Made by a program: the position numbers and the translations under genes | Assembly: GCF_000829235.1 (NCBI RefSeq) | Contig: NZ_AP012549.1 | Span: forward strand, 300,001-332,000 | From: a cyanobacterium endosymbiont of Epithemia turgida isolate EtSB Lake Yunoko | GTDB taxonomy: Bacteria; Cyanobacteriota; Cyanobacteriia; Cyanobacteriales; Microcystaceae | Direction of reading: 5' to 3' | DNA: 32,000 nt | Part shown: piece after piece, positions 1 to 9,383 of the stretch | Position numbering within the stretch: the stretch's first letter is position 1 | Layout of the letters: the number at the start of each line of letters is the position of its first letter | The notes under the pieces: model-generated | Databases searched by the model: none | What the model saw: the letters and a program-made list of their open reading frames with translations, nothing else | What the model was told of the DNA's origin: nothing

Positions 1-956
1 GATGCATAAAAATAACCTTGTGGAGCAGTCATTTCCCGTTGCAACCATTCCACCGTGAGCGTAATCGCTCGTTTAAACGCAGGTTCGGTTTGTCCTTGAC
101 TCCAAAGATTAGCTAAATATTCGATAATTTGCCCATTGTCATAGAGCATCTTTTCGAAATGCGGAACTGTCCAAGTTGGATCTATGGTATAACGATGGAA
201 GCCACCTCCTACATGATCATAAATTCCCCCTAAAGCTAAATCTTCTCCCCTTTGATTAGCAATGGCTTTACTCTCTTCTTGAGAATTCCAAGCAAACCGA
301 CTCCCTTGTAAAACGAGATTTACATATGGAATCATGGGAAAACAGGGATAGTCAACATTTTGGGAACTAACCTTAATAATCTCCGTATTGATAGTAATTC
401 CCTGATAAAAAAGCTCGTTGTTTAGTAATTCGGTTTCAGTTGACGGAAAAAGAGCTGACCTTCGTAGGGTAGTCAGAAATTCCTGTTTGAAATTATTTAG
501 TTTTTTGGTTTCTGTCTCATAAAAACGGCAAATTAACTGTAAGATACGTAAAAAACCCGGACGTCCGTAACGAGGCTCTACCGGAAAATAAGTCCCCCCA
601 TAGAAAGGAACCATATCTCCGGGTGTCAAAAAAATATTGAGCGGCCATCCTCCTTGTAACCCCATCATCTGAACTGCTTTTATATAAATTCTGTCGAGAT
701 CAGGACGTTCTTCTCGGTCTACTTTAATAGGCAGAAAATTGATGTTAAGATAATCTGCGATTACTTTATCACAAAAAGCTTCTCTCTCCATCACCGTGCA
801 CCAGTGACAGCTAGAATAGCCTATTGAAAGAAAAATTGGTTTGTTTTGTTTGTGGGCTCTTGAGAGAGCTTCTTCGCACCAATACCACCAGTCTATGGGG
901 TTATCAGCGTGTTTACGTAAGTAAAGACTTTGAGCCATTGCCAGACGGTTAGACAT
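1..956 (-). CDS. Thioredoxin-fold DUF255/YyaL-family protein (N-terminal ~318 codons; 3' end lies outside the window)
   Basis: The minus strand is open from the window edge up to an ATG (complement of cat at 954-956). My hand translation starts MSNRLAMAQSLYLRKHADNPIDWWYWCEEALSRAHKQNKPIFLSIGYSSCHWCTVMEREAF. It continues through GGWPLNIFLTPGDMVPFYGGTYFP and GGFHRYTIDPTWTVPHFEKMLYDNGQI with no stop. These are hallmark motifs of the DUF255/YyaL thioredoxin-domain family. It is absent from the ORF track, presumably because it is truncated. Confidence 0.85.
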   Translation of the reverse strand, partial: MSNRLAMAQSLYLRKHADNPIDWWYWCEEALSRAHKQNKPIFLSIGYSSCHWCTVMEREAFCDKVIADYLNINFLPIKVDREERPDLDRIYIKAVQMMGLQGGWPLNIFLTPGDMVPFYGGTYFPVEPRYGRPGFLRILQLICRFYETETKKLNNFKQEFLTTLRRSALFPSTETELLNNELFYQGITINTEIIKVSSQNVDYPCFPMIPYVNLVLQGSRFAWNSQEESKAIANQRGEDLALGGIYDHVGGGFHRYTIDPTWTVPHFEKMLYDNGQIIEYLANLWSQGQTEPAFKRAITLTVEWLQREMTAPQGYFYA

Positions 957-1251
957 AAAAATTAAATAATCGTGTGTTTTTCCCCCAATAGTTTAACCGA
1001 AATTTTAGAAGAGATTCTTCCCTGAAATCTAGTCAGCTAAAAATATACTCAAGCTAGTTTAGGTAAAGGGCTTGCAAAAAGTTAATTTATCAAAATTAAT
1101 TCCAATAATCTCTATTTATGCTAATTTTGTAGTACTTCTATAAGAGACGGAACTTGATTATCCTTAATAAGGTCAACGAATTACGTTAAGTGTTATCGTC
1201 CGATCTAATTGTTCAAATAGCCATAGTAACAATAGTTTATTTTAAAAAGCC

Positions 1252-2511
1252 ATGAAAAAATTGAACTTAATCCTAAGACTTACAACTTTAGCAAGTGTTA
1301 TTTTTCCAAGTCTGATGTCTTCTAATATCTCTGTTCAAGCTTCAACTTTTGAAGAACAAGCTGTGCAACAAAATAACGTTGTTGCGATTGCGAGACCTTA
1401 TGGACAGGGCAAATATGACTTGTTAATTATTGAACAAATTCCGGACAAACAGGCTTGTTGGACTGAAAGTGGCTCTAATCCTATTTTAGTGGAGCCTCTA
1501 TTATTAAATTTTGACTTTGTGGGAATTTGTCGCCGCGCTACCGATAGTAATGGCTACTCTATTCGGGTCGACGGAAACGACTTAGGATTAGATTACCTCT
1601 TGCGTTTAGTTCCCCGTGATGAGGAGTTAGTACTAGTAGGAACCCCAAGAGGTGGTAATCATCAAGAAATAGTTGTCGGTAGCACCAAAGGACTTGCTTC
1701 TGGGTTTATGAAAATAATTCTAAATCCTGGATGGCAATTTTCTAAACGATCTTATCAAGGAAAAGTGTTAGGGCACTTTTATTTAAGCACATCTCAAGCA
1801 GCAATAACTGGAGAAGTAGAAGCAACTGAAATCGCAATTAATCCTAAACAAAGAGCAACTTCAATGGCAAATACCAACCAGGAAAGTGTCTTTACAGACA
1901 TTGACGATAATGTCTATAAGCCAGAGGTTGAACAAGCTGCAGCCATTAAAATTGTAACTGCTTTTGAAGATAATACCTTCCGTCCTCGAGAAGCCATTAC
2001 CCGTGAACAACTGATTGTCATGGCTGTTGACGCTCTTGGAAAGGTGTCTAATATAGATTTAGAGACACCTTCCCAACGGGACATTGCCACTTTCAAAGAC
2101 GTATCAGGTGATCGTTGGAGTGCAAAAAAAATTAAATGGGCGCAGTGGAATTTTTTAAATATTGGTAATCCTAATAATACTTTTCGACCAACTGAGTCCA
2201 TTACTCGTGCTGAATTAATTGATACTATGAGTCGTGTAACTATTTACCTAAAAAAACAACTCAATTTACCCCTGGAGATCCAACAAAAACAAAAACCAGT
2301 CCAGTTTTCTGACATTTCTGATAATTGGGCAAGAAATGTAATTAGCCAAATGTCGGGTTATTGTGGTGTTGCTAGTCCTCTTAACGAAGAAGGAATCAAG
2401 TTTGCCCCTGATCATAAAGCCACCCGTGATTATACGGCGGCGGTTCTAGTGCGGGTACTTGATTGTATCCAGTCCGAGTTGAAACAAGCTAATAACATCA
2501 CTGAAAAATAA
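1252..2511 (+). CDS. Secreted cell-envelope protein: N-terminal DUF3747-like domain plus three S-layer homology (SLH) repeats
   Basis: ATG start and an N-terminal signal peptide (MKKLNLILRLTTLASVIFPSLMSSNISVQA). The conserved block PYGQGKYDLLIIEQIPDKQACWTESG...FDFVGICRRATDSNGYSIR is typical of cyanobacterial DUF3747. Three SLH-like repeats follow (FTDIDDN...FRPREAITREQL, FKDVSGDRWSAKKI...FRPTESITRAEL, FSDISDNWARNVI...KATRDYTAAVLVRVL). Confidence 0.85.
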   Translation: MKKLNLILRLTTLASVIFPSLMSSNISVQASTFEEQAVQQNNVVAIARPYGQGKYDLLIIEQIPDKQACWTESGSNPILVEPLLLNFDFVGICRRATDSNGYSIRVDGNDLGLDYLLRLVPRDEELVLVGTPRGGNHQEIVVGSTKGLASGFMKIILNPGWQFSKRSYQGKVLGHFYLSTSQAAITGEVEATEIAINPKQRATSMANTNQESVFTDIDDNVYKPEVEQAAAIKIVTAFEDNTFRPREAITREQLIVMAVDALGKVSNIDLETPSQRDIATFKDVSGDRWSAKKIKWAQWNFLNIGNPNNTFRPTESITRAELIDTMSRVTIYLKKQLNLPLEIQQKQKPVQFSDISDNWARNVISQMSGYCGVASPLNEEGIKFAPDHKATRDYTAAVLVRVLDCIQSELKQANNITEK

Positions 2512-2537
2512 AAATTTTTGTTTTAATTTAATGTTAA

Positions 2538-2568
2538 AGAGGAAAAGACTCTCTTTTTCTTTTCCTCT
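2538..2568. terminator. Candidate bidirectional stem-loop between the convergent SLH gene and glgC
   Basis: agaggaaaaga (2538-2548) pairs perfectly with tcttttcctct (2558-2568) around a 9-nt loop. Both flanks are moderately T-rich. It lies between two convergent stop codons (2511 and 2690). The stem is purine/pyrimidine-biased and weak, so confidence is low. Confidence 0.35.
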
Positions 2569-2689
2569 CCTCTTATTGTTTATCTCTGAATTCAAGAAAA
2601 GGAGTGGGTTTAAGATCGTGTTTTTTGGTCTTGTAAAGTTAAAAGGCAAGAGATTCCTTAGTCTTCGAGGGTAAAAATTTGTTAACTAC

Positions 2690-3979
2690 TTAGATGACTT
2701 TTCCGTCAGGAATGCTAGCATTTTTAAGGACGACTACAATACCGTTGCGAATATAGAAGCCCTCGTTTTCACAATTAGATTCTTCGACTTTTTCTTTGTT
2801 GACAATAGTGACATTACGGCCAATACGCGCATTTTTATCCACAATTGCCCGTCTGATGGTACTAAATTCTCCAATACCTATAGGAATTTCACCTTGCTGG
2901 GTTTGAATTTTTCTAATTTCTAAAGACTCATAATAATCTGCTCCCATCACCATCGTATCTTTGACAATACAATTGGATTCGATTCTTGAACGAATTCCTA
3001 AGATAGAATTGTGAATACGACAGTTTTTTATAATACAGCCTTCACTAATCATTGATTCAGTAATGTTAGAATCAAGAATCTTTGTTGGGGGTAAAGAACG
3101 TCCGCGGGTATAGACTGGAACTTTTTCATGGTAGAAGCTGAAAGATGGATTTGGCTGACGATTGAGAGCCAAATTAGCTTCATAAAATGATTCAATGGTT
3201 CCAATATCTTCCCAATATCCCTTGAATAAATAGGCCTGTAGATTATAATCTTTGGCAGAAAAAGGGATAATTTCCCTGCCAAAATCTGTTTGTTCTGGAT
3301 TCTTCTCTAAGAGTGTAGCTAAGACCTCTTTTTTGAAGACATAAATCCCCATAGAAGCAATATATGGACTTGCTTTAGCTTGTTCTGGGTTTAAACCTAG
3401 AATAGCTGTATTGACTGCCATCTGTTTTAGTTCTTCTCCTTTGGGTTTCTCGCTGAAATCAACCACGCGGCCGTGATCATCGATTTTCATCAACCCAAAA
3501 CTGGAAGCTCGTTTCTCGTCAATGGGGACGACCGAAAGGGTAATATCAGCGTTGGTGTCTCGATGTCGTTGGATAAAATCACTGTAATCCATTCGATAAA
3601 GATGATCCCCAGACAGAATCAAATACTCATCAATATCCCATTCTTGAAATGACCAAATATACTGACGTACTGCATCGGCGGTTCCTTGAAACCACTTGGG
3701 GTTTTTTGGAGTTTGTTGTGCAGCTAATACTTCCACAAATCCATTACTAAATCCTGAAAACCTGTAAGTTCGGGTGATATGACGGTTGAGGGAAGCAGAG
3801 TTAAACTGGGTTAAAACATAGATTTTGAGAATTTCCGAATTAATACAATTGCTCACTGGAATATCAATTAGACGGTATTTACCTGCTAGGGGAACAGCAG
3901 GTTTAGCTCGTAGCTTAGTGAGGGGATAAAGCCGTGTACCTGCTCCGCCGCCAAGTATAATTGCTAAAACCTTTTTCAC
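2690..3979 (-). CDS. glgC: Glucose-1-phosphate adenylyltransferase (ADP-glucose pyrophosphorylase)
   Basis: 429 aa. The N-terminal [44 protein letters not shown] nucleotidyltransferase motif, the [10 protein letters not shown] and [10 protein letters not shown] motifs, and the C-terminal left-handed beta-helix region are all typical of cyanobacterial GlgC. Confidence 0.97.
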   Translation of the reverse strand: MKKVLAIILGGGAGTRLYPLTKLRAKPAVPLAGKYRLIDIPVSNCINSEILKIYVLTQFNSASLNRHITRTYRFSGFSNGFVEVLAAQQTPKNPKWFQGTADAVRQYIWSFQEWDIDEYLILSGDHLYRMDYSDFIQRHRDTNADITLSVVPIDEKRASSFGLMKIDDHGRVVDFSEKPKGEELKQMAVNTAILGLNPEQAKASPYIASMGIYVFKKEVLATLLEKNPEQTDFGREIIPFSAKDYNLQAYLFKGYWEDIGTIESFYEANLALNRQPNPSFSFYHEKVPVYTRGRSLPPTKILDSNITESMISEGCIIKNCRIHNSILGIRSRIESNCIVKDTMVMGADYYESLEIRKIQTQQGEIPIGIGEFSTIRRAIVDKNARIGRNVTIVNKEKVEESNCENEGFYIRNGIVVVLKNASIPDGKVI

Positions 3980-4234
3980 AACAAAACCTCGCTATTGCCT
4001 GTTATACTTCTTTTAGTAAAGTGTAAGACTATAAGGGACATCTCGGAAACAAACTTTAGATATCCATTAACAATGGAGCATCTACTTTCTCTTATTACTA
4101 GAATTAAGGACTAAGTAAAATCTTAGAACATAAGTTTTTGCCATATCCTAATGGATATTAGATGAATTTTGTTAAAGAATAGAAATTGCGGCCAGTAACT
4201 ATAACCAAACATTAAACAACATGAATTTTTACAT

Positions 4235-5116
4235 CTATTTACAAGGTTGGGTAATGCTGAGTTGAAGGACCATTCTATCAATAGCACGAACTAGAGAATA
4301 ACCAGAAACCCGAGTATTATTGGCAAGAATGCTAAAGACTATCTCTCCAAAATCGGGATGGTTAATATAACCTGACAAAGCCCTAACTCCTCGTAAAGTC
4401 CCGGTTTTAGCATGAACTTTTCCTTGAGCGGGGGTTTCTTTCATACGATTTTTCAAGGTTCCACTTATTCCAGCGATAGGTAAAGAAGAATAAAAAACAT
4501 CCTTATCTGGAGTATAGTACATTGCCCGTAAAATCATGATTAATGATCTGGGGGTGGCAACATTGCGTCGAGATAATCCTGATCCATCAGCTTGATGGAA
4601 ACTATTAGGGTTAACCCCCATTTGTGTCAAGGTTGATTTAGCAGCCGCTGCCCCTCCAATATAACTCAAAAGGATATCAGCGTAATAATTATCACTTCTA
4701 ACGTTGGTAACTTTAATCCAATCTTGTATAGATTTAGACTGAATTTTAGATTGTGGATTTAATGTTTGCAAGGCGGCAGCAGTGGTAAATAATTTAATAT
4801 TAGAGGCAGGGATAAATTTTTTATCCGCATTATGACTATATAAAGTAGTTCCGTCATCGAGTTTTTCTACTAGAATTCCCCAGTTAGCATGATAGCTACC
4901 AATAATACTAGCGATGGCCGGTTCAATTAAAGTTGCACAGGTCCCCGACGTTCTTAGTTCAGGTTTAGGAACATGAATTTCAATAGACTGTTGCCCCTGA
5001 AAATAATCAGTTGTGGTGATGGGGTTAGTTTCGTCAGCAATAGATGAAGTTCCCCAAGCAAGGGAAATAGTCGCCAAAATAGCGATATATTGAGAATAAA
5101 AAATAATTCGTTTCAT
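4235..5116 (-). CDS. Compact PBP4-like (peptidase S13-type) D-Ala-D-Ala carboxypeptidase/endopeptidase
   Basis: 293 aa with a signal peptide. The three penicillin-binding motifs are in order: PAS105NIK (SxxK), S141DN (SxN) and K237TG. The context FIPASNIKLFTTAAAL and SDNYYADILL resembles DacB/PBP4, but the protein is much shorter than typical PBP4 (see findings). Confidence 0.7.
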   Translation of the reverse strand: MKRIIFYSQYIAILATISLAWGTSSIADETNPITTTDYFQGQQSIEIHVPKPELRTSGTCATLIEPAIASIIGSYHANWGILVEKLDDGTTLYSHNADKKFIPASNIKLFTTAAALQTLNPQSKIQSKSIQDWIKVTNVRSDNYYADILLSYIGGAAAAKSTLTQMGVNPNSFHQADGSGLSRRNVATPRSLIMILRAMYYTPDKDVFYSSLPIAGISGTLKNRMKETPAQGKVHAKTGTLRGVRALSGYINHPDFGEIVFSILANNTRVSGYSLVRAIDRMVLQLSITQPCK

Positions 5117-5435
5117 GAGTTTATCTTTGTTTGTTAACTACCTGTTACACCAAGATCAATGTTGATTGATTGTTTAACCAATCAATTTAAGTTCATAGTT
5201 AATCAAAATATGATCAAAATAAGATACTTTTCGCTTGGTCGGTATTATCAGAACTCGATGAACCATGGCAATTTTTACCCCAATAACTATAAACATAGGG
5301 TTACTCCACTTAAACTCAGAAAATGCCGGCAAAACTCTAGACGATTTTAGCCTAACAAATCCGGGCTAAGCCTAAAAAAACTTGAATCATTAAACTTTCT
5401 CCCTATTCAGGTATTTGGTCAATCCTGAACTTAAA

Positions 5436-6455
5436 TTAGCCTAGGAGAGGTCGAAATCCATGTTTTATAGAAGCTTGGCCAATTTGTTCCATTTTGCTAA
5501 CAGTAATCTGATTACGACCCCAAGAAAAATTAGTGTGCCAGCCTTCAAACTCTAATAAAATACCCTCAGCAAAACAGGCAAACATTTGGCGAGAAGGAAT
5601 ATCCATGTTGACAATCTCCATGATTTTCCAGTTGATATCAAGAGAATGTTCAACAATTCCCCCCTTAAAAATATGAATATCAGGATGTTTAATTTTAGTT
5701 CCCAAATTTTTTGGATAGCCGCCATCTATTACAAGAACAGGCTTTTTCAAGATCTCGGGGTCTATTTCCACCCCTTTGGGCATACTAGCTACCCAAACAA
5801 TGATGTCAGCCTGGGGCAATGCTTCTTCTAACCCTAAAATTCTACCTCGTCCCAATTCTTCTCGTAGTGTTTGTAATCGTTTTTGATTTCGAGCAATTAA
5901 CAATAATTCGGCTACATTAGTTTTCCTGTCTAACCAGCGACAGACTGCACTTCCAATGTCACCTGTTGCCCCACACACAGCAACCGTTGCCCGAGATAAG
6001 TCAATACCAAGCTGAGCTGATGCTTGTTCAAGCTGACGACAAACAATATAGGCGGTGTGAGTATTGCCTGTGGTAAAGCGTTTAAATTCTAACTCTACAT
6101 TGCGGACTTGCTTGTTATTTTTAAGGTTGAATTCTTCAAAAACAATCGAAGAAAATCCTCCTAATGCAGTGATATTAATGTCTGACTTTTGAGCTAAAGC
6201 CATGGCATTTAAAATCTTACGAATAGCAGCTTTAATTCGTCTATTCGTAAGCATTTCTGGCAAAAAACAAGATTCTATATATTTTCCCTCGATGGTTTGT
6301 CTTGTAAGACTAGTGACATGAAAATTATCAACAATTTGTGGTGGAGCTGAGCACCAAAAATCAAGACTTTGATTGGCGTATTCAGAGTAGCCGAGAGCAT
6401 GGGCAACGGCTTGGGCGTGTTTCAAACTGGTAAGATGACCGATCAGAGCAAACAT
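5436..6455 (-). CDS. aar: Long-chain acyl-[acyl-carrier-protein] reductase (alkane pathway AAR)
   Basis: 339 aa. It is collinear with my recollection of Synechococcus elongatus orf1594. Shared blocks are [96 protein letters not shown]. Confidence 0.95.
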   Translation of the reverse strand: MFALIGHLTSLKHAQAVAHALGYSEYANQSLDFWCSAPPQIVDNFHVTSLTRQTIEGKYIESCFLPEMLTNRRIKAAIRKILNAMALAQKSDINITALGGFSSIVFEEFNLKNNKQVRNVELEFKRFTTGNTHTAYIVCRQLEQASAQLGIDLSRATVAVCGATGDIGSAVCRWLDRKTNVAELLLIARNQKRLQTLREELGRGRILGLEEALPQADIIVWVASMPKGVEIDPEILKKPVLVIDGGYPKNLGTKIKHPDIHIFKGGIVEHSLDINWKIMEIVNMDIPSRQMFACFAEGILLEFEGWHTNFSWGRNQITVSKMEQIGQASIKHGFRPLLG

Positions 6456-9383
6456 TGATTGTTTTTAGGTTAAACTATGCTTAATGAAAAGCAGAAAATA
6501 AAGAAAACAGGATTTAGATAATATTAATACTGTTAATAATATTACATAAAAATCCCCCTCTTGGAGAAAACCAAATTGTTGATATCTTTTTTAAGAAAGA
6601 AAATTTAAGATTGCAAAGTGTTGTACTTAGTGTCTAAATTATCGTAGTTGTCCGTTTAATTAGCTATCTAACCAAAGTTTGAGTGCCGGTGTGTTCGCAA
6701 TCACTGTTGGGTATGTCTGAAAAAATAGCAAAATAGTCTAATTTAGCCTATGAATATTTAGTAAAATAACTCGAATTATGAAATAAATATTCAAGGGTTA
6801 ATGAGTCTTGTTGTTCGACAAATCTTGATATTTATCTTTTAACTGAATCCAAGCTACTTCTCATAAAATTGAGTCAGTTACTGATTTTATTGGGAGTAGC
6901 TCTCTCATTATTTTTTATATCTCATTATTATTGAGTTCTTTCGAGTACAGATCATCTAAACTCTGTTAAATCTTAATAATGAAATCAAACCCTAAGGGAA
7001 TTACAGTATCAATACAGACTCAAGCTACCACTTGTATTAATGATTTTTAACTATATTATCTTTCTAAAAAAAAGGACATTAATTTCGGCTACTAATTTTA
7101 ATACTAAATCCAAAGTTTATTTTTTATTTGAATTTGAAATAATTAAGTACAAAAGGTTTATAAATGAAACTTGTCATCCACTTTGTTGCCTAATGTTTCC
7201 CTTTTTAACGTACTATCAGTGCGATTTAGGCTTTGATATAGCCAAATATCTAAAATTAGTTTACCTTGTGATATGACAGATAGCATTCTCAAATTAAACT
7301 GCATTCTTCCACTCCCTAAAACGACAAAATCAATAGTTTTTGGGACTTTAATAGTTAAATTATTAGTTGATAGTTTATTTACTAATTTATAAATGGGCTT
7401 ACTCGTTACTGTCGTCTATACTTAATTGTTAGTTAGTAACCAATTAAGTATAGGTGATACATCAAGATTAAATTTATATAACCTGTTCTAGATAACACTT
7501 TCGACAAAAGAGAGATCATAAGTCGATACTTTTATTTGGAGATAATTAACGACTAAATTTATTGCCATACCATCTCTTTGTTTAATTTTAGGATAAACAT
7601 AGATTTTTTAGCAATTACACTTATGTTTAGTAATAATACTGAGATTTTTCAAAATATTTAAATTGTTATTACTGCCATTTATTAAATATCTTTTTAAGAT
7701 TTTACTTCAGTAAAGTCTTTTTTGTCTTGAGTAAATATCTATCCTTATTATAACCGTCGCTGGCAGAGGAAAGAATCGATTTAAATTTTTTTATCAATAG
7801 ATTCACTTACCATTAGACTTGCTCTCTGTTAACTATTTTCTTATCGTAGTTTATCAAATATTAAAGGAGATTGAGTGATACAAGTCGTTAAAGACGAAAG
7901 TGTAGAGATTAATAGAATGACGATTATTTTACAAAATTTTAAAATATTTAATCTCTTTTTTTAGCTCCAAAAGTATTATTTTTATTGTTTTTTGTTCAAT
8001 TTGATAGTATTTATCTATTATAATTGTATACTAAAAAAATAAAATTTTTATAAATAATATTAAATATTTATTCTACTTTTAGATAAATCGTTAAAATTCA
8101 TAATAGGTTTAAATTCTATTAATTCAAAATTTAAGCTCAAAAGACTAAGTTTATTCATAAATAATAGGGGTTTAGTAAAAAAAATCTATTATTTATATAT
8201 TTTTTTATCAATTACTGCAAAGTTAAATTTATAAAAAAATATATAAATAATAAATAATCAAACAATTAACTAGTTCAATTGGCCTTTAAAGGTTGACTTG
8301 ATTGGTTAATCATATTAGATATTTAATACTAAAATAACATATTTTAAATAAAATTAAAATTTTTAAAGTCAAGTAAAATACTTTACAGAAAAAATATTAA
8401 TTATGTTTTTAGTATCTAAATGTCGTAGTCTAGTTTGGAAGGAAATTACAATTTTTTAAAAATTCTTAATAAGAAGAGTAAAATAAATTGCTATTTTCAA
8501 CTAAAACGTCTCTTTTTAAAAAAAATTTAGTAGAAGAGTAAATAAAATTTGTTATTGTATTATTTTTTATGGATAAGATGAATAAATTAGCTCTATACTG
8601 GCTCAAAAGAAATATTTATTGATTTGATTCTAATAAGTAACCGTGTCGAAGCAGAGACACAAATGTCAGTATGATTTTAGCAATAAACTAGTTAATAATA
8701 ACATAACGATGCTTGAGGATAATTTACTCTTAAACTATGTAAAATCTCGATTATAAATAATCTATATTTAATGATTATATACTAATCTCTATACACAACG
8801 ATATAAACTACTTTTTTAGCTAAAATTAAGGCAGTAATGGGAATAACAAAAATAGTACATAATTGCCCATTATTAGCAACTTACTACAAAAATTAAAGAA
8901 TAATTTTTTATTCGATATTAAAGATTTATTTTTATAAAAACTTATATGACTAAATTTGTGATTGTTTTTTATCAATTTTTCTTAATACTTACTGCTGGAA
9001 ACTTTGGTTATTCTTGAAACTCTACTATAAATGCTGATTGACCAAAGTTGTTTTCACCACACTAGGAATAACAGCTTAAGTTCTTAATTAATTTATTAGA
9101 CCATATATAATTGTAAACAATCAAAATATTTTTTTAGAGAAAATTTTAGTAAGGAGATAGCACTTTTCGATAATGTCCATACTCCTATGTTAAATTGTGT
9201 GGATAAAAATACCGTTTTATATCAACTTTTTTACAAAATTTTATAGATATTTAAAAAACCTTTTTTATTTTTAAAAATTTTATTAATATTGTTTTTATTT
9301 GTATTTTATGGATATATAAATTATTTTATATATTTCATTTAAAGTTAAGTATAAACTAATTGAATTAGAGCTGAATTAATTTC

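Noticed and set aside
1914-2201. Antisense or alternative-frame ORFs nested inside confident genes: 1914-2201, 3049-3282, 5586-5831, 10781-11002, 12551-12811, 16790-16972, 17589-17837, 19724-20035, 21359-21670, 21430-21636, 21979-22170, 24818-25078, 25451-25666, 26074-26262, 26898-27083.
   Set aside because: Each lies within, or almost entirely within, a longer ORF that has clear family-level motifs (19724-20035 extends 7 nt and 25451-25666 extends 6 nt past the host CDS). Their translations have no recognisable motifs. This is the typical shadow-ORF pattern.
2446-2649. 67-aa minus-strand ORF spanning the SLH-gene 3' end and the terminator region.
   Set aside because: It overlaps the 3' end of a well-supported gene on the opposite strand and a stem-loop. 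It has low-complexity F/L/K composition.
5159-5350. 63-aa + strand ORF between the PBP4-like gene and aar.
   Set aside because: It lies in the spacer between two co-oriented minus-strand genes. It has AT-biased composition (N/K/Y/R-rich), no SD and no motif. Likely spurious.
7040-7276. 78-aa ORF in the large AT-rich block.
   Set aside because: Its composition is dominated by I, K, F, N, Y and L, as expected from translating AT-rich DNA. It has no SD, no recognisable motif, and is isolated. Likely spurious.
7875-7964. 29-codon GTG ORF preceded by AAAGGAG (SD-like) 5 nt upstream.
   Set aside because: The SD is attractive, but the peptide (VIQVVKDESVEINRMTIILQNFKIFNLFF) is short, has no recognisable features, and lies in sequence where such ORFs arise by chance. 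There is not enough support to call it.
8452-8556. Apparent ~60-bp tandem duplication: tttttaaaa...agaagagtaaa at 8452-8495 and again at 8512-8556.
   Set aside because: Only an 11-mer and a 9-mer are exact. Overall identity at offset 60 is about two-thirds by my count, which is not clearly above background in a stretch that is roughly 10% G/C.
9198-9206. Perfect DnaA-box sequences (tgtggataa at 9198-9206, ttatccaca at 28851-28859) in AT-rich spacers, raising the possibility of oriC in the 2.9-kb AT-rich block.
   Set aside because: The two perfect boxes are 19.6 kb apart. My scan for tccaca/tgtgga found no cluster of boxes anywhere, only one-mismatch copies inside CDSs. No dnaA or dnaN is nearby. 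Isolated 9-mers are expected by chance at roughly this frequency.
6456-9383. CRISPR array, tRNA or other structured RNA genes hidden in the ORF-free blocks (also 18610-19730 and 29488-31010).
   Set aside because: There are no 3-or-more evenly spaced direct repeats of 25-40 nt. There are no GTTCGAATC/GTTCAAATC-type T-loop motifs with matching acceptor stems. I saw no RNase P, tmRNA or SRP signature sequences by eye. tRNAscan or Infernal would be the decisive check.
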